A DNA stretch of 64,000 bases. Origin: Malacoraja senta. Taxonomy: Eukaryota. Below, one piece after another: positions 33,975 through 46,706 of this stretch. The notes beneath the pieces were generated by a model that was not told the origin of the DNA, did not search any database, and saw only the letters and a program-made list of their open reading frames with translations. The stretch covers positions 25,918,001-25,982,000 of the forward strand of contig CM075987.1 of assembly GCA_038087875.1 (NCBI GenBank). The letters run 5' to 3'. The position numbers were made by a program, and so were the translations under genes. The first letter of the stretch is position 1; every line of letters begins with the position of its first letter.

Positions 33975-36900
33975 TTTAGAGATACTGGTAAAGGCTTATT
34001 TAAATAATGATAATTTTCATTTCATGTGCTCCATTTGCACAGAATTTAGTTTAGTTTTAGTTTAGGGATACAGCGCGGAAACAGGCCCTTCGGCCCATCG
34101 AGTCCGCGCCGACTAGCAATCTCTGTACATGAACACTATCCTACACACACTAGGGACAATTTACATTCATACCAAGCCAATTAAACTACAAACCTGTACG
34201 TCTTTGGAGTGTGGGAGGAAACCGAAGATCTCGGAGAAAACCCACGCAGGTCACGGGGAGGACGTACAAATTCCCTACAGACAGCACCCGTAGTCAGGAT
34301 CGAACCTGGGTCTCTGGTTCTCTACTGCTGCGCCACAGTGCCGCCCTGATCTCCTCCAAAATGATCATCTGCAAAAGATTTTGCACATGTAATTAAATCT
34401 AAGATATTACTACCCAACACGAAGCAATCTCAAGTAATTATTCCATTAAAATATCACCTTACATCAGCATGGTGGCGCAGCGGTAGAGTTGCTCCCATAC
34501 AGCGCCAGAGATCTGGTCTTAAAAATATCCATTAACTTGGCCTCCACAACCTTTTACGCTGGGACCCTTCTTCAGACTGATTCAAAAAGCCATTACCTAG
34601 CACTCCAGGGTTAGCTCAGTCTGAAGAATGATCCTGATCTGAAACATTAACCGTTATAGTTAAAAATAAGTCTGTGAACTCCTTAGGATTTTTCACCAAA
34701 GCATAATTTTTTCAAGGCACTTTGAATCTGCCAAAGTATTTTTTTTTTAAATGTTTTTGTGATAGGAGCAGAATGAGGCCATTTGGCCCATCAAGTCTAC
34801 TCTGCCATTGAATCATGGCTGATCTATCTTTCCCTCTCAACCCCATTCTTCTGCCTTCTCCCCATAACCCCTGACATGTTTATGGTCTCCAATACTGAAA
34901 TAATAACTAACTAGAAAATCAACACACAGTTATTCTGCATCAATGTAATCCCGATATAAAGAAAATGTTTCCATATAACATCATGAAAATAACTGATATT
35001 TCATAAAGTGCTACCACAGATTTAGAGATACAGAAGTTGGGAGGTCGTTATATTAGACGTCTGTGAGGCCACATTTAGAGTATTGTGTTCAGTTCTGGGC
35101 ACCGTGTCGCAGGAAAGACGTTGTCAAACTGGAAAGGGCACAGAGAAGATTTACAAGGATGTTGCCTGTACTCGAAGGTCTGAGCAACAGGGAGAGGTTG
35201 AGTAGGCTGAGACTCTATTCCTTGTAGCGCAGGAGGCTGAGGGGTTGATCTTATAGATGTGTATAGAATCATGAGAGAAACAGAGTCTAATGCCCAGAGG
35301 CGGTCACGGCTCCACAGCAGTAGAGTTGCTGCCTTACAGCAAAATGCAGCGCCGGAGACCCGGGTTCGATCCCGACTACGGGTGCTGTCTGTATGGAGTT
35401 TGTACCTTCTCCCCGTGACCTGCGTGGGTTTTCTCCGAGATCTTCGGTTTCCTCCCGCACTCCAAAGACGTGCAGGTTTGTAGGTTAATTGGCTTGATTA
35501 ATTGGCTTGATAAAAATGTAAAATTGTCCAAGTTGGGGATATGCAGAGTACTGCCATGCTGACTACAAAATTCAGAAGGTTCAGAAGGAGTAGAGGAATC
35601 GAGAACCAGAGGACAGTGGTTTAAAGTGAAGAGGAAAGGATGAAAAGGAACCTGAGATGTAACTTTTACACAGAAAGGGTGGTGGGGGTGTGGAACGAGC
35701 TGCCAGAGGAGGTAGTTGAGGCAGGGATTATGGCAATGTTTAAGAAACTGTTGGATAGGTATTTGGATAGCACAGGTTTGGTTTGGAAGGATAGGGGCCA
35801 AACGCTGGTAGGTCGGACTAGTGTTGGCCAGTATGGGCAAGTTGGGCCGAAGGGCCTGTTTCCACGCTGTACCACTCTATGAATTTATGATAATTTTATG
35901 TGCAAACTTTTCCCAGCTCCCTTTGAATTTCACAAGTCAACCACTTTTCCTCAGAGGAAAAAAGTGATTTTGATTTCAAGATAATCTTTGGAGTATTAGT
36001 GGTGAATAGTCTGCACTCCTTGACAATGCAGCGATGACAACTATTGAAACTGAAGAATAAATTATTTACAATGCAATAACTGACAGTACAATAACTGGGC
36101 CTGTGACTGGCTCTAATAAAGGGAAAAAACAAACACATCTGACAACTGGCACAGAGGGAGCAATCAATAAGCACATTTGCATTTTATTTTGTCTCGAATG
36201 CCCTTGGTAGTTGTGTATCCTGAATGTTTAGAACGAGCAATCAGAGAGACACAAAGAGAATTACAAGTATCTCAAAGAGCAGGACACAATTCCAAATAGA
36301 AATGTTGCCAAGAAACCCCTCTTGTCAATAGGCCATTACCGACCATTGTGGCAACAAGCGCCAATCGCAGATGTTCCGTGATAAATCACCCAAGGATGGA
36401 AGTGCGATGGCTTTGTAGAGAATTAGAACACAGATGATAACATTCACAAAGAAGGTGACACGGAATAAGACAACACAATGTTATAAATGGCCAGAGTCTT
36501 GTCCTTGTATTTGAGGGAGGAACTCATTGAAACTCACCGAATAGTGAAAGGCTTGGATAGAGTGGATGTGCGGAGAGGATATTTCCACTAGTGGGAGAGT
36601 CTAGGACCAGAGGCCATAGCCTCAGAATAAAAGGATGCTATTTTTGGAAGGAGATGAGGAGGAATCTCTGTAGTCAGAGGGGTGGTGAATCTGTGGAATT
36701 CATTGCCTCGAAAGGATGTCGAGGCCAGGTCATTGGAACCAAGAAACAGAGGACATCGGTTCAAGATGAGGGGGGAAAGGTTTCAAAGGGGTAACTTTTT
36801 TCAAACAATGGATGGTGGGTGTATAGAACGAGCTGCCGGAGGAGGTAGTTGAGGCAGATACTATCGGAAAATTTAAGAAGCATTGAGACAGGCACATGGA

Positions 36901-39900
36901 TAGGATAGGTTTAGAGGATATGCGTCAAATGCAGGCAGATGGGACTATTGTAGATGGGGCATGTTGGTCGGTGTGGGCAAGTTAGGCTGAAGGGCCTGTT
37001 TCGACGCTGTTTGACTATGACTCTGTGAATCTCCTTTGCTGATGACTAAATCTCTGACTGCTTTTCTGGGCAACATAAGACTTCCTTTTGATTTGACACT
37101 ATTTTTACTTCCTTTAAGAATAACGATTCGACCACCTTACGTGTTGCAAATTTTGCCCTTAAATAGATATAAAAATATCACAGTCAGGTTGAGAACCCTG
37201 CACTTACAATAACTGGTCTTAAAAATGGCACTAAACTGGCGACTCTGTATATTATCTCAGCTTACTCCTGCTAAACACTTCTCACTTATCTAAATATTTA
37301 AGTATTTGCCGTAGCTTTAGTTTAGTTTAGTTTAGAGATACAGCATGGAAACAGGCCCTTCGGCCCACCCAGTCTGCACTGACCAGCGATCACCGCACAT
37401 TAACACTATCCTACACACACTAGGGACAATTTACAAGTCAATTGACCTACAAACCTGTACGTCTTTCGTACCTCCTGCCTGATGGGAGAGGGGAGAAGAG
37501 GGAGTGACCACGGTGAGACTGGTCCCTTGATTATGCTGCTGGCCTTGCCGAGGCGGCGTGAAGTGGAGATGGAATTGATTGATAGGAGTATTGATACGTG
37601 CAAGAACATAATCACACGCTATCCTCCACACAGTGGGGACAATTTTACTTTTTTTTCATACCAGGCCAATTTATCTTCAAACCTGTACATCTATGGAGCT
37701 TGTTTCGTATCCTTTCTAATGCAGTTTCCAAATCTACAAAAGCAAACTCACACCTAATGCCTTTGTAAATCACTTTATTCTGATTTAAGACCCTGGTACC
37801 TATCAATTATTTTCAATTTGTATATAAAATTCTCATGTACTGTAAGCATTCTTCCCTGAAGCCCTTTGGTTATCAGATCATCAAAGCCCCCTTTATACTT
37901 GCACATTACCAGATCTAAAACAACCTATTTATTTTGTGGTTCCTCAACATACTGATCTCACAATCTCCCATATACACTTCATGAGTTCATCTTCCTGAGG
38001 CTAATTAGTCTTCCTCTGTCTATATGTTCATTAAATTCTTCCATGACTGTTGTATAATCTTTTTACATGCATCTTCGATGTCGATTCTTGTATGGGTGGC
38101 CACGGTGGTGCAACGGTAGAGTTGCTGCCTTACAGCGCTTGCAGCTCCGGAGACCCGGGTTCGATCCCAACTACAGGTGCTGTCTGTACGGAGTTTGTAC
38201 GTTCTCCCTGTGACCGCGTGGGTTTCCTCCGAGATCTTCTGTTTCCTTCCACACTCCAAAGGCGTACAGGTTTGTAGGTTATTTGGCTTGGTGCATGTGT
38301 AAATTGTCCCTAGTGTGTGTAGGATAGTGTTAATGTGCGGGGATCGCCGGTCAGTGCGGACTCAGTTTCCGCCCCGTATCTCTAAACTGATCTAAACTAA
38401 ATTATCATTACGGTTGAGGGACCTAGTTACGATCCTCAGTGATATTTTCTGTTCTGTCTTTCAGCTTTACCCAACCTATTCTGAATCACTTGTCGGAAGG
38501 AACTGCAGATGCCAAAGACTGACACAAAATGCTGGAGTAAGTTTAAGGCAGAGATATATAGATTCTTGACTAGTACAGGTGTCAGAGGTTATGGGGAGAA
38601 GGCAGGAGAATGGGGTTAGGAGAGATAGACCAGCCATGATTGAATGGCAAAGTATTATTTTCCCCTGCTTTGAATGTAGTACATGATGCACCCTAAAGGG
38701 CAGCAAGGTGGTGCAGCGGTAGAGTTGCTGCCTTCCAGTGCCAGAGACCCGGGCTCGATCCTGACTAAGGGTGCTGTCTGTACGGAAGTTTGCACGTTCT
38801 CCCCGTGACCATGTGGGTTTTCACCAGGTGCTCCGGTTTCCCCCCACATTCCAAAAACATGCAGGTTTGTTGGTTAATTGTCGGTTCTGCAAATTGCCCC
38901 TAGTGTGTAGGGTAGAACTAGTATACGGGGTGATCGCTGGTCGGCGCGGGCTTGGTGGGCTGAAGGGCCTGTTTCCACGCTGTATCGGTAAACTAAACTA
39001 AACTAAACTAAACTAAGCTAAACTAAACACTAAAGGACAAAAAATGCTGGAGTCTCAGGTTGAGACTCTTCATTAATAATATTTGCAAAGACTGTCCCTT
39101 CTTGATGGATTATCTTCACTCATTTTACTACTTCATGTTATCATTTTGCATTGCTGCCAACATTGGGTGAGAGTTGAGAGTGAGAGGTTGCGAGGGAGCG
39201 TAGCGACTGGGGGGGGGGTGAGGGTGTGGGAGGGGGTGTTCCCCCTCCCACGGTAGGGAGCTTTTGCATTTTTCAGCTTGAAATTGTGCAATCTGGTGCA
39301 TACTGTAGCGAGTCTTTTAACTTGCATTTGAATGCAACATTTACGCTTTAAATTGCATTAGGTATGAATAAGGTTAGGCTAAATTACATTCCTAATTACA
39401 TTCCACAATAGAGACACGCTCTGATCAACAGGTGCAGCACATGAATGACTGTATTCATATATGGAAATCAGATTATATTCATGCTGTTATGCATATATAT
39501 ATAGAAAGAAACTCAGAGAAACAAAGCAAAAGTCGGACTTCCATCACTGTTCTGCACAAATAAATCAATCAACCTTGTTCAAGAAGGAACTACAGATCTG
39601 GAGAATCGAAGCTAGACAAAATTGCTGGGAAACTCAGCGGTGCGGCAGCATCTATGGAGCGAAGGAAATACGCAATGTTTCGGGCGAAACCCTTCTTCAG
39701 ACGGTTTCAACCTTACCCTTTGCAGGGACCCTGCACTTCTTTCGGATATGGGAGAAACCAGAATATCCAGAGAAAACCCATGTGGCAGTAAGGCAGCAAC
39801 TCTACCACTGCGCCTCCGTGCCACCCCATTAAATTATTTTTTCTGTAATATATTTATTATGGTGTCACGTGAATAAAGATGAACACATGATTCTTATTTC

Positions 39901-40207
39901 TGCCCTTAGTTGGATAACACACATGTCCAGTCATTGTGTTTTATGGCTGGTTTTCAACCTCTTCAGGCTGAAGGTCTCGACTCGAAACATCACCCATTTT
40001 ACTTCGGAGTCACGTGAGTGACTACGTGAAGAACCCCGCCAGTGCGCCTGCGCGTCATTACGTCAGACGCCTTGACGCAAACGGACGTGAGGAGCAGTGC
40101 TCCTCGAGTGGTTTGTAGGTTTTCAACTACAAGGTAAGTAAAAACTTTTTTACAGGTTTTCCAGGTCCGTTTACTGCGGGTCTATGGCGATTTTTTCCAC
40201 AGACGCC

Positions 40208-43200
40208 ATGAAAAAACGGACAGGGGGAAGAGGCGAGCGACACAGCCGACAGAAGTCGGGAAAGTCGGGAGTCCGCGGTTAGAGACCAACCGCCTCTAAA
40301 CCCCGGTACAGCCGCCAGCGGTGAGCATAGCGACTGTGGACCTGGGGCTGGTGAAAACACAGTCAGCGCCTGTCGGGCAAAAGACAAAGTTTAAATCCCA
40401 ACAGAGGGAGTCCCAGGCAATGAAGAAGCTCCAGGGCTAGATACTGCTTTAGAGCGTATTGCCCAAATAGAAAGCCTTTTACACAGGCTGTTGGAGCAAA
40501 GTTCACTCAGGGAGGAGTGTTCTGAAAGCCAAAGCTGCTGGAAACAGCTCAAACAGCTCCTGGTACAAGGGCTAGATACTGCTTTCGAGCGTATTGCCCA
40601 AATAGAAGCCTTTTTCATAGGTTGTTGGAGCAAAAGTTCACTCAGGAAGGAGTGTACTGTAATCCAAGCTGCAGGAGCAGCTTAACAGCACCTGGCTCAG
40701 GGCTGATGGAATGCACCCTCAGGAATGAGGAGCGTGCTACGGGTCATGAGATTTCAGACCCCGACTCTGACGGTGAGGCTGTACAAGGCGATGAAAGGCA
40801 GCTGCCAGATGTTCCACCCCTGGTAGTAGGATTCGCTGCCCCGTCAGGGTCGGGAGAGCTATTAGGAAGAACTGGCCTCCTTAATAAATTACTTGGTTTA
40901 CCATTAGCTGGAACAGCATGAAATGGATGAGACTGCAAGAGTATCTGGAATCAGTTGCAGAGAATATTAAAGCTGCTGGGTTCTGGAATAACTGCTTTTA
41001 CCAGAATAGCAGGTAACAACCAAAAGATGACGAAGTTGCATCAGCAAGCACTGGGGTTGCTATGCAGCACCCACTTCGAGAAGATGCTATACGGTCTACT
41101 ATGAATCCGAAATTCGCAGCACTCTGCAAACCAAGTAATATACAAATTACCCAACTTACTCTTTGGAGAGATCTCGGGAGACGTATTAAAGAGTTGGAAG
41201 ATGAAGCGAAAACAGGATTGATGAAGACATCAATGGTTGTGAAGTCTGTAAAGAGGAAGTATCCTTTCAGACGTCATACGGATCCTGGACCAAGTCGCTC
41301 ATCAACGCAGGGACGTAGTTGGCGGCCTGCAGCGGGAGCAAGAACCAGTGGGCGTGCTTCCGGGAGAACCCAGGAATCTCAGGGTACTCAATTGACTCAA
41401 GAGGTAGGTGGACCTGGTTCTCATGGGAACATACTAACTGGATTAAGTCCAAAAGTTGGAGGCAGGTTACATTTCTTCTATAATAATTGGAAGAAAATTA
41501 CTTCAGATGTGGTAATCCTGAATAATATACAAGGATTTCGAATTGAATTCAATCCAAATTATGATTTGCCTGTTCAGCATGTTCCTAGCCGAACTCTGCA
41601 CTTTGTACAAAAAGAAGTGATGGAGGTTCAGGTTGCAATTGAAATCCTATATAAAAAAGGGGTTATTGAAAAATCAGTCTACCAAAGTCACCAATTTGTG
41701 TCAAATATATTCCCTCGATCAAAAAAGGATGGAGGATGTAGGATTCTTGTAGATTTGATAAATCTGAATCCTTTTGTGCCAATTTAGACATTTTAAAATG
41801 GAAACATTTGTGACTGCCAAACAGCTTATTTCAGAAGCATGTTATATGGCAACTATAGACTTGAAAGATGCATATTATTCAGTGTCTGTTCATTCAGAAG
41901 ATAGGAAGTATCTTAAATTTAAATGGATGAACCAGTTGTGGCAGTTCAAAGCTCTGCCTAATGGGTTAATATCTGCACCCAGAATATTCACAAAAATTGT
42001 TAAAACCAATTCTGGGCTTGCTGAGTAGCCAGGGGCATGTACTAATGGCATATTTGGATGATGTCTTGATTATAGGAAAGACAAAACAGTCAACAGAAGT
42101 ATCTGTTGCATTTGTGAAATCAACTTTTGAAAATTTGGGGTTTCTAATTCATCCACAGAAATCTAGGTTAACACCATGTACCTCTATTAATTATTTGGGG
42201 TTCACAATTGATTCAGTCCAAATGAATATCACTTTGCCCAGGGAAAAGGGTGGATTTGATTAAAGATTGCAGTAATCTCCTAAACGAACAAAAACCTTCA
42301 ATTAGACAGGTGGCTCGTGTACTGGGAAAATAGTAGCAGCATTCCCAGCAGTCCAATTCGGACCATTACATTATCAACAGCTGCAGAGACTTAAAGAACA
42401 GGCACCGAGAATGCATGTTGGTCATTTTGATAGAACCATGCAACTAACAACAAATGCTGTTTCTGATCTGCAGTGGTGGATTCTACATGTCTCAAGCAGT
42501 TCCAGCAAAGTGCTGATTGAACAACCTTCCATGATATTACAAACTGATGCCAGTGCACCAGGATGGGGTGCAACTGACTTAACATCTAGCTGAGGAGGCA
42601 GATGGAATCAGGAAGAGTCATTGTTACTGCAGACATGGGGAATTAACTATTTGGAGCTTCTAGGATGTTTCTATGGGCTCCAAGCTTATTGTTCTAACAC
42701 AACTAATAAGCATGTTCAAGTTCAAATTGATAACACAACAGTGGTTGTTTATATTAATGATATGGAATTAAGTCGGTGTCTTGTGACAAAATGGTTAATC
42801 AACTTTGGGCTTGGTGTATTTGAAAAGAACATTTGGATTTCAGCTATCTATCTACCAGGCAGAATGAACGATAGCAGACACCAAGTCACGAGAAGTTCCA
42901 TGATAATAAAGAATGGATGTTGAATCAAGAGGTATTCATTGATATAGTCATCAGATTTGGAATGACCGACATCGACTTGAATCATCAGCTATCGAGATAT
43001 GTCTCATGGAAACCAGATCCAGGAGCAGTGGCGATTGATGCTTCTCGCTACATTGGGGTGGTATGTTTTCATATATATTTCCACCTTTCTGCCTCATAAG
43101 CCAATGTTTGCTTAAAATCAGGCAAGATGCTGCTTCAAGGGTATTAGTAGTACCAGATTGGCCTACACAGCCATGGTATCCGTTGATATTAGAATTAACA

Positions 43201-43310
43201 ACACAAATGTTGATGAAAGTCCCAAAAAAGAGTAATTTATTGCTGCACCCTGTACAGGGGAACAACATCCATTATATGATCGTTTGGATTTGTTGATTTG
43301 CAGGTTTTAA
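40208..43310 (+). pseudogene. DIRS copy B gag-pol (RT, RNase H, MT), many frameshifts
   Basis: VGGRL, HFKMET, TIDLKDAYY, AYLDDVLI, LQTDAS, IDNTT, YIFPPF. Confidence 0.9.
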
Positions 43311-44274
43311 GAATGCCTTTTCTGGACGAGGACTGTCTGAGCATACTGTGGACATGCTTACGGCAGCCTGGAGGAAGAGCACTCAAAAACAGTACCTTTC
43401 TTATATTAAGAAATGGGAAAAGTTCTGGGTACAAAAGAATGTGCAATAAAGTACTGCAGATATTTCAAATGTTTAGAATTTCTGTCAAAACTTTATTATG
43501 ATGAAGGTCTGAGTTTATAGTGTAATTAATTCAGCCAGAAGTGCATTGTCCTCATATTTGGTTCTGGATTCAGAAAGAAACTCAATTGGGTCACACCCAA
43601 TTGTTTCCAGACTAATGAAAGGAATCTTTAATTCCAAACCACCGAAACCTAGGTACGTGACAATCTGGGATGTAAGTGTGGTACTGAAACTACTTTGTGA
43701 TGGTTATCAAGTGTGTCTTTACCTTTGGTCAAGCTCAGTATGAAAGTATTCATGTTTATGGCATGAGTGACAGCACAACGAGTGCAAACACTGGAAAATT
43801 ACAAATAGATACTATGGAAGTAACTGAAGACAAGGTTACATTCTATATCTATGACCTAATAAAGCAAATTAGGCCAGGTGTGACAGGATTTAAAATTATG
43901 CTGGCAGCATATCCAAATGATCCATGTCTTTGTATTAAGACATATTTATTACAATACATTGAGGTCACAAAGAATTTGAGAATACGGAAACTGGGTTTTT
44001 GATCACACACAAGAAACCACACAAGAGAGTTTCAATACAGACTATTTCCAGATGGATAAAAGAAGTCTTAACAGCTGCTGGTATTAACACTTATGTTTTT
44101 ACGTCTCACTCGACTAGGGCAGCAGAAATGTCGGCGGCCAGGGCAAAAGACGGCCCCGTCGACCATATCCTCGCAGCCGCCGGGTGGTCCAATGAGTTGA
44201 TGTTTCAACATTTTTACCATCGGCCTATTGTTAATGCGGGGTTGTTTGCAGAAACTATTTTAAGTTCTGTGTAA
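43298..44274 (+). pseudogene. DIRS copy B tyrosine recombinase, frameshifted
   Basis: SHPIVSRLMKGIFN, SHSTRAA, ILAAAGW, FYHRP. Confidence 0.9.
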
Positions 44275-45589
44275 ATTCCTCTGGTTTAAAGGGGATCTGA
44301 TTCATTTCATTCTTGAAATGAATTACTGCATTTGTGGTACAAATGTTATTATGAATGCATGATTGATTATTCTCGTTCCGAGTCAATCTATGCAGTGAGA
44401 AGCCGGGATTGATCCACGGCATGAAATCACAAAGCTTTAAAATCTTCACGTAGTCCACTCACGTGATTCCGAAGTAAAATAGTAAGATTAAACGAGAACT
44501 TACCTAAGTTTGAAGTTTGATCTTTATTTTATGAGGAGTTACGTAGGTGATTACGTGCCCGCCACGACCCTACCCTCTATCATAAAGGTCAGATGGAAGT
44601 TCTTGTATTACTCGTTTTAGTATGAGACTATATTACTTCGGTTCTTGTTTTTTGTGATTTCACACCGCTGCTTTGAAGATTGACGCGCAGGCGCACTGAC
44701 GGGCTTCTTCACGTAATCACCTACGTAACTCCTCATAAAATAAAGATCAACTTCAAACTTAGGTAAGTTCTCGTTTAATCTTACTATTCTTTCTCTCCAG
44801 AGATGCTGCCTGTCCTGCTGAGTTTTTCTAGTTTTTAGTGTCTATCTTCAGTTTAAACCAGCATCTGCAATTCCTTCCTACACTATTTGTTAAGCAAAAC
44901 AGGTCCTATTGTCATTATATAATGTTGTGATCAGCGTGAGAGCATGAGAGTTTTGTGAAATGCGTGAGTCTCACGCTTAATGCGTGCGAGTTGGCAGCCC
45001 TGCTAATAATGCAAACATTTTATGCAAGTTCCAATTGTTTGGACAAAAATCACTTATTACTGCTTTATAACAGTTAAGTTACATTAAGACCATTTCAGAA
45101 ATTATGGCAGTCAACAAAAAATCAACTAACAAATTAAAGCAAATTAAAAGAAAATAACATGTTCCCTTTCCTGACTCTACCTCATAAGTACTTTAACGCT
45201 GTTAACAGAGCAAAGGGATATTAATCTCAAGAATCAAAATGGGGAAAGTGAGGGCAATTTTGTTTAAATGGTCATTCTAAGCCCATTCAGATCTGCATAG
45301 AGTCAGAGTTATACAACATGTACATGGCTGGCCCAATTTGTCCACAATGATCAAGTTGGCATTCTGCGTGCCCAGGTCAGCTCACGTCCCAGGGACTGGC
45401 TGCAGTTCTCAGGTCGGCTTGCCTGCCCCGACCCCGTGAAAACGAATTGAAAACCCCCCCGCGGTTTTTCAGGTTACGGGTCGGATTCGGCCCGTGTGCC
45501 GTAGGTTGCCGAACCCTGTCCTAGATGTTTGGCCTCATTGTGGTCCCCGCCCATGTTTTACAACCAATTCACCTGGTTAGTTCTATCTC

Positions 45590-45830
45590 CGGCTGCTTCA
45601 TGTTGTCGGCGGCTGCACATCCAACCAAGAAAGAAGAGAAGAGAAGAGATGCGATGTCACTCACAGCCGCCAACTGACGCGCTTCCCCAGACTGCACAGA
45701 TCGCTGTGATGTGGCGCAATAGAGACAAACTGTGCAGGGACTGAAGACAGCGTGAGAATTCTGTCATCAGCGTGAGCATTATCTGAAATGCATGACTCTC
45801 ACGCTCAAAGTGTGAGTGTTGGCAGCCCTG
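45590..45830. mobile_element. Right end of a hAT-like element; related copy at about 47095-47314
   Basis: Both end GTTGGCAGCCCTG and share ggctgcacatccaacca..gacaaactgtgcagggactgaa. Confidence 0.55.
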
Positions 45831-45850
45831 TCTAAGGCCAGGATGTGACA

Positions 45851-45885
45851 ACAGACACACAGGGAGACACATACACAAAGGAAGA

Positions 45886-45934
<49 letters not shown>

Positions 45935-46706
45935 ACGCACACGCACACGCACACCACACGCACACGCACACGCACACGCACACACAGACACGCACACACA
46001 CAGGGAGACACACATACACAGGAAAACACACACACACAAGGAGATACACACACACAGGGAGACACACACACACAGGGAGACACACACACACAGGGAGACA
46101 CCGACACACAGACACACACACACACACACAGGGAGACACACACACACTGGGAGACACACACACACACAGGGAGACACCACACACAGGGAGACACACACAC
46201 ACAGGGAGACACACACACACAGGGAGACACACACAGGGAGACAGACACAACAAGCACACACACACACACAGGGAGACACAGACACACACACACACACAAG
46301 GAGACACACACAAGGAGACAGACACACAAGCACACACACACACACACAGGGAGACACACACACACAGGGAGACACACACACACAGGGAGACACACACACA
46401 CAGGGAGACACACACAGGGAGACAGACACACAAGCACACACACACACACAGGGAGACACAGACACACACACACACACAAGGAGACACACACAAGGAGACA
46501 GACACACAAGCACACACACACACACACAGGGAGACACACACACACACAAGGAGACACACACAAGGAGACAGACACACAAGCACACACACACACACACAGG
46601 GAGACACACACACACACAGGGAGGCACACACACACACAGGGAGACACACACACACAAGGAGACACACACAAGGAGACAGACACACAAGCGCACACACACA
46701 CACACC
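45851..46706. repeat. Complex (CA)n-GGGAGA/AGGAGA satellite with higher-order structure
   Basis: CA runs punctuated by GGGAGA, AAGGAGA and AAGC. Confidence 0.97.

Larger units (their letters stand above)
39996..44788 (+). mobile_element. DIRS tyrosine-recombinase retrotransposon, copy B (both termini intact, ORFs disabled)
   Basis: ATT at both ends; gag, RT (YLDD intact), RNase H, MT, YR; ICR at about 44443-44557. Confidence 0.95.
39149..45002. mobile_element. Probable hAT-like non-autonomous DNA transposon split by nested insertions
   Basis: Left end cattGCTGCCAAC, right end GTTGGCAGCCCTG; subterminal gcgtgaga repeats; no TSD found. Confidence 0.45.
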
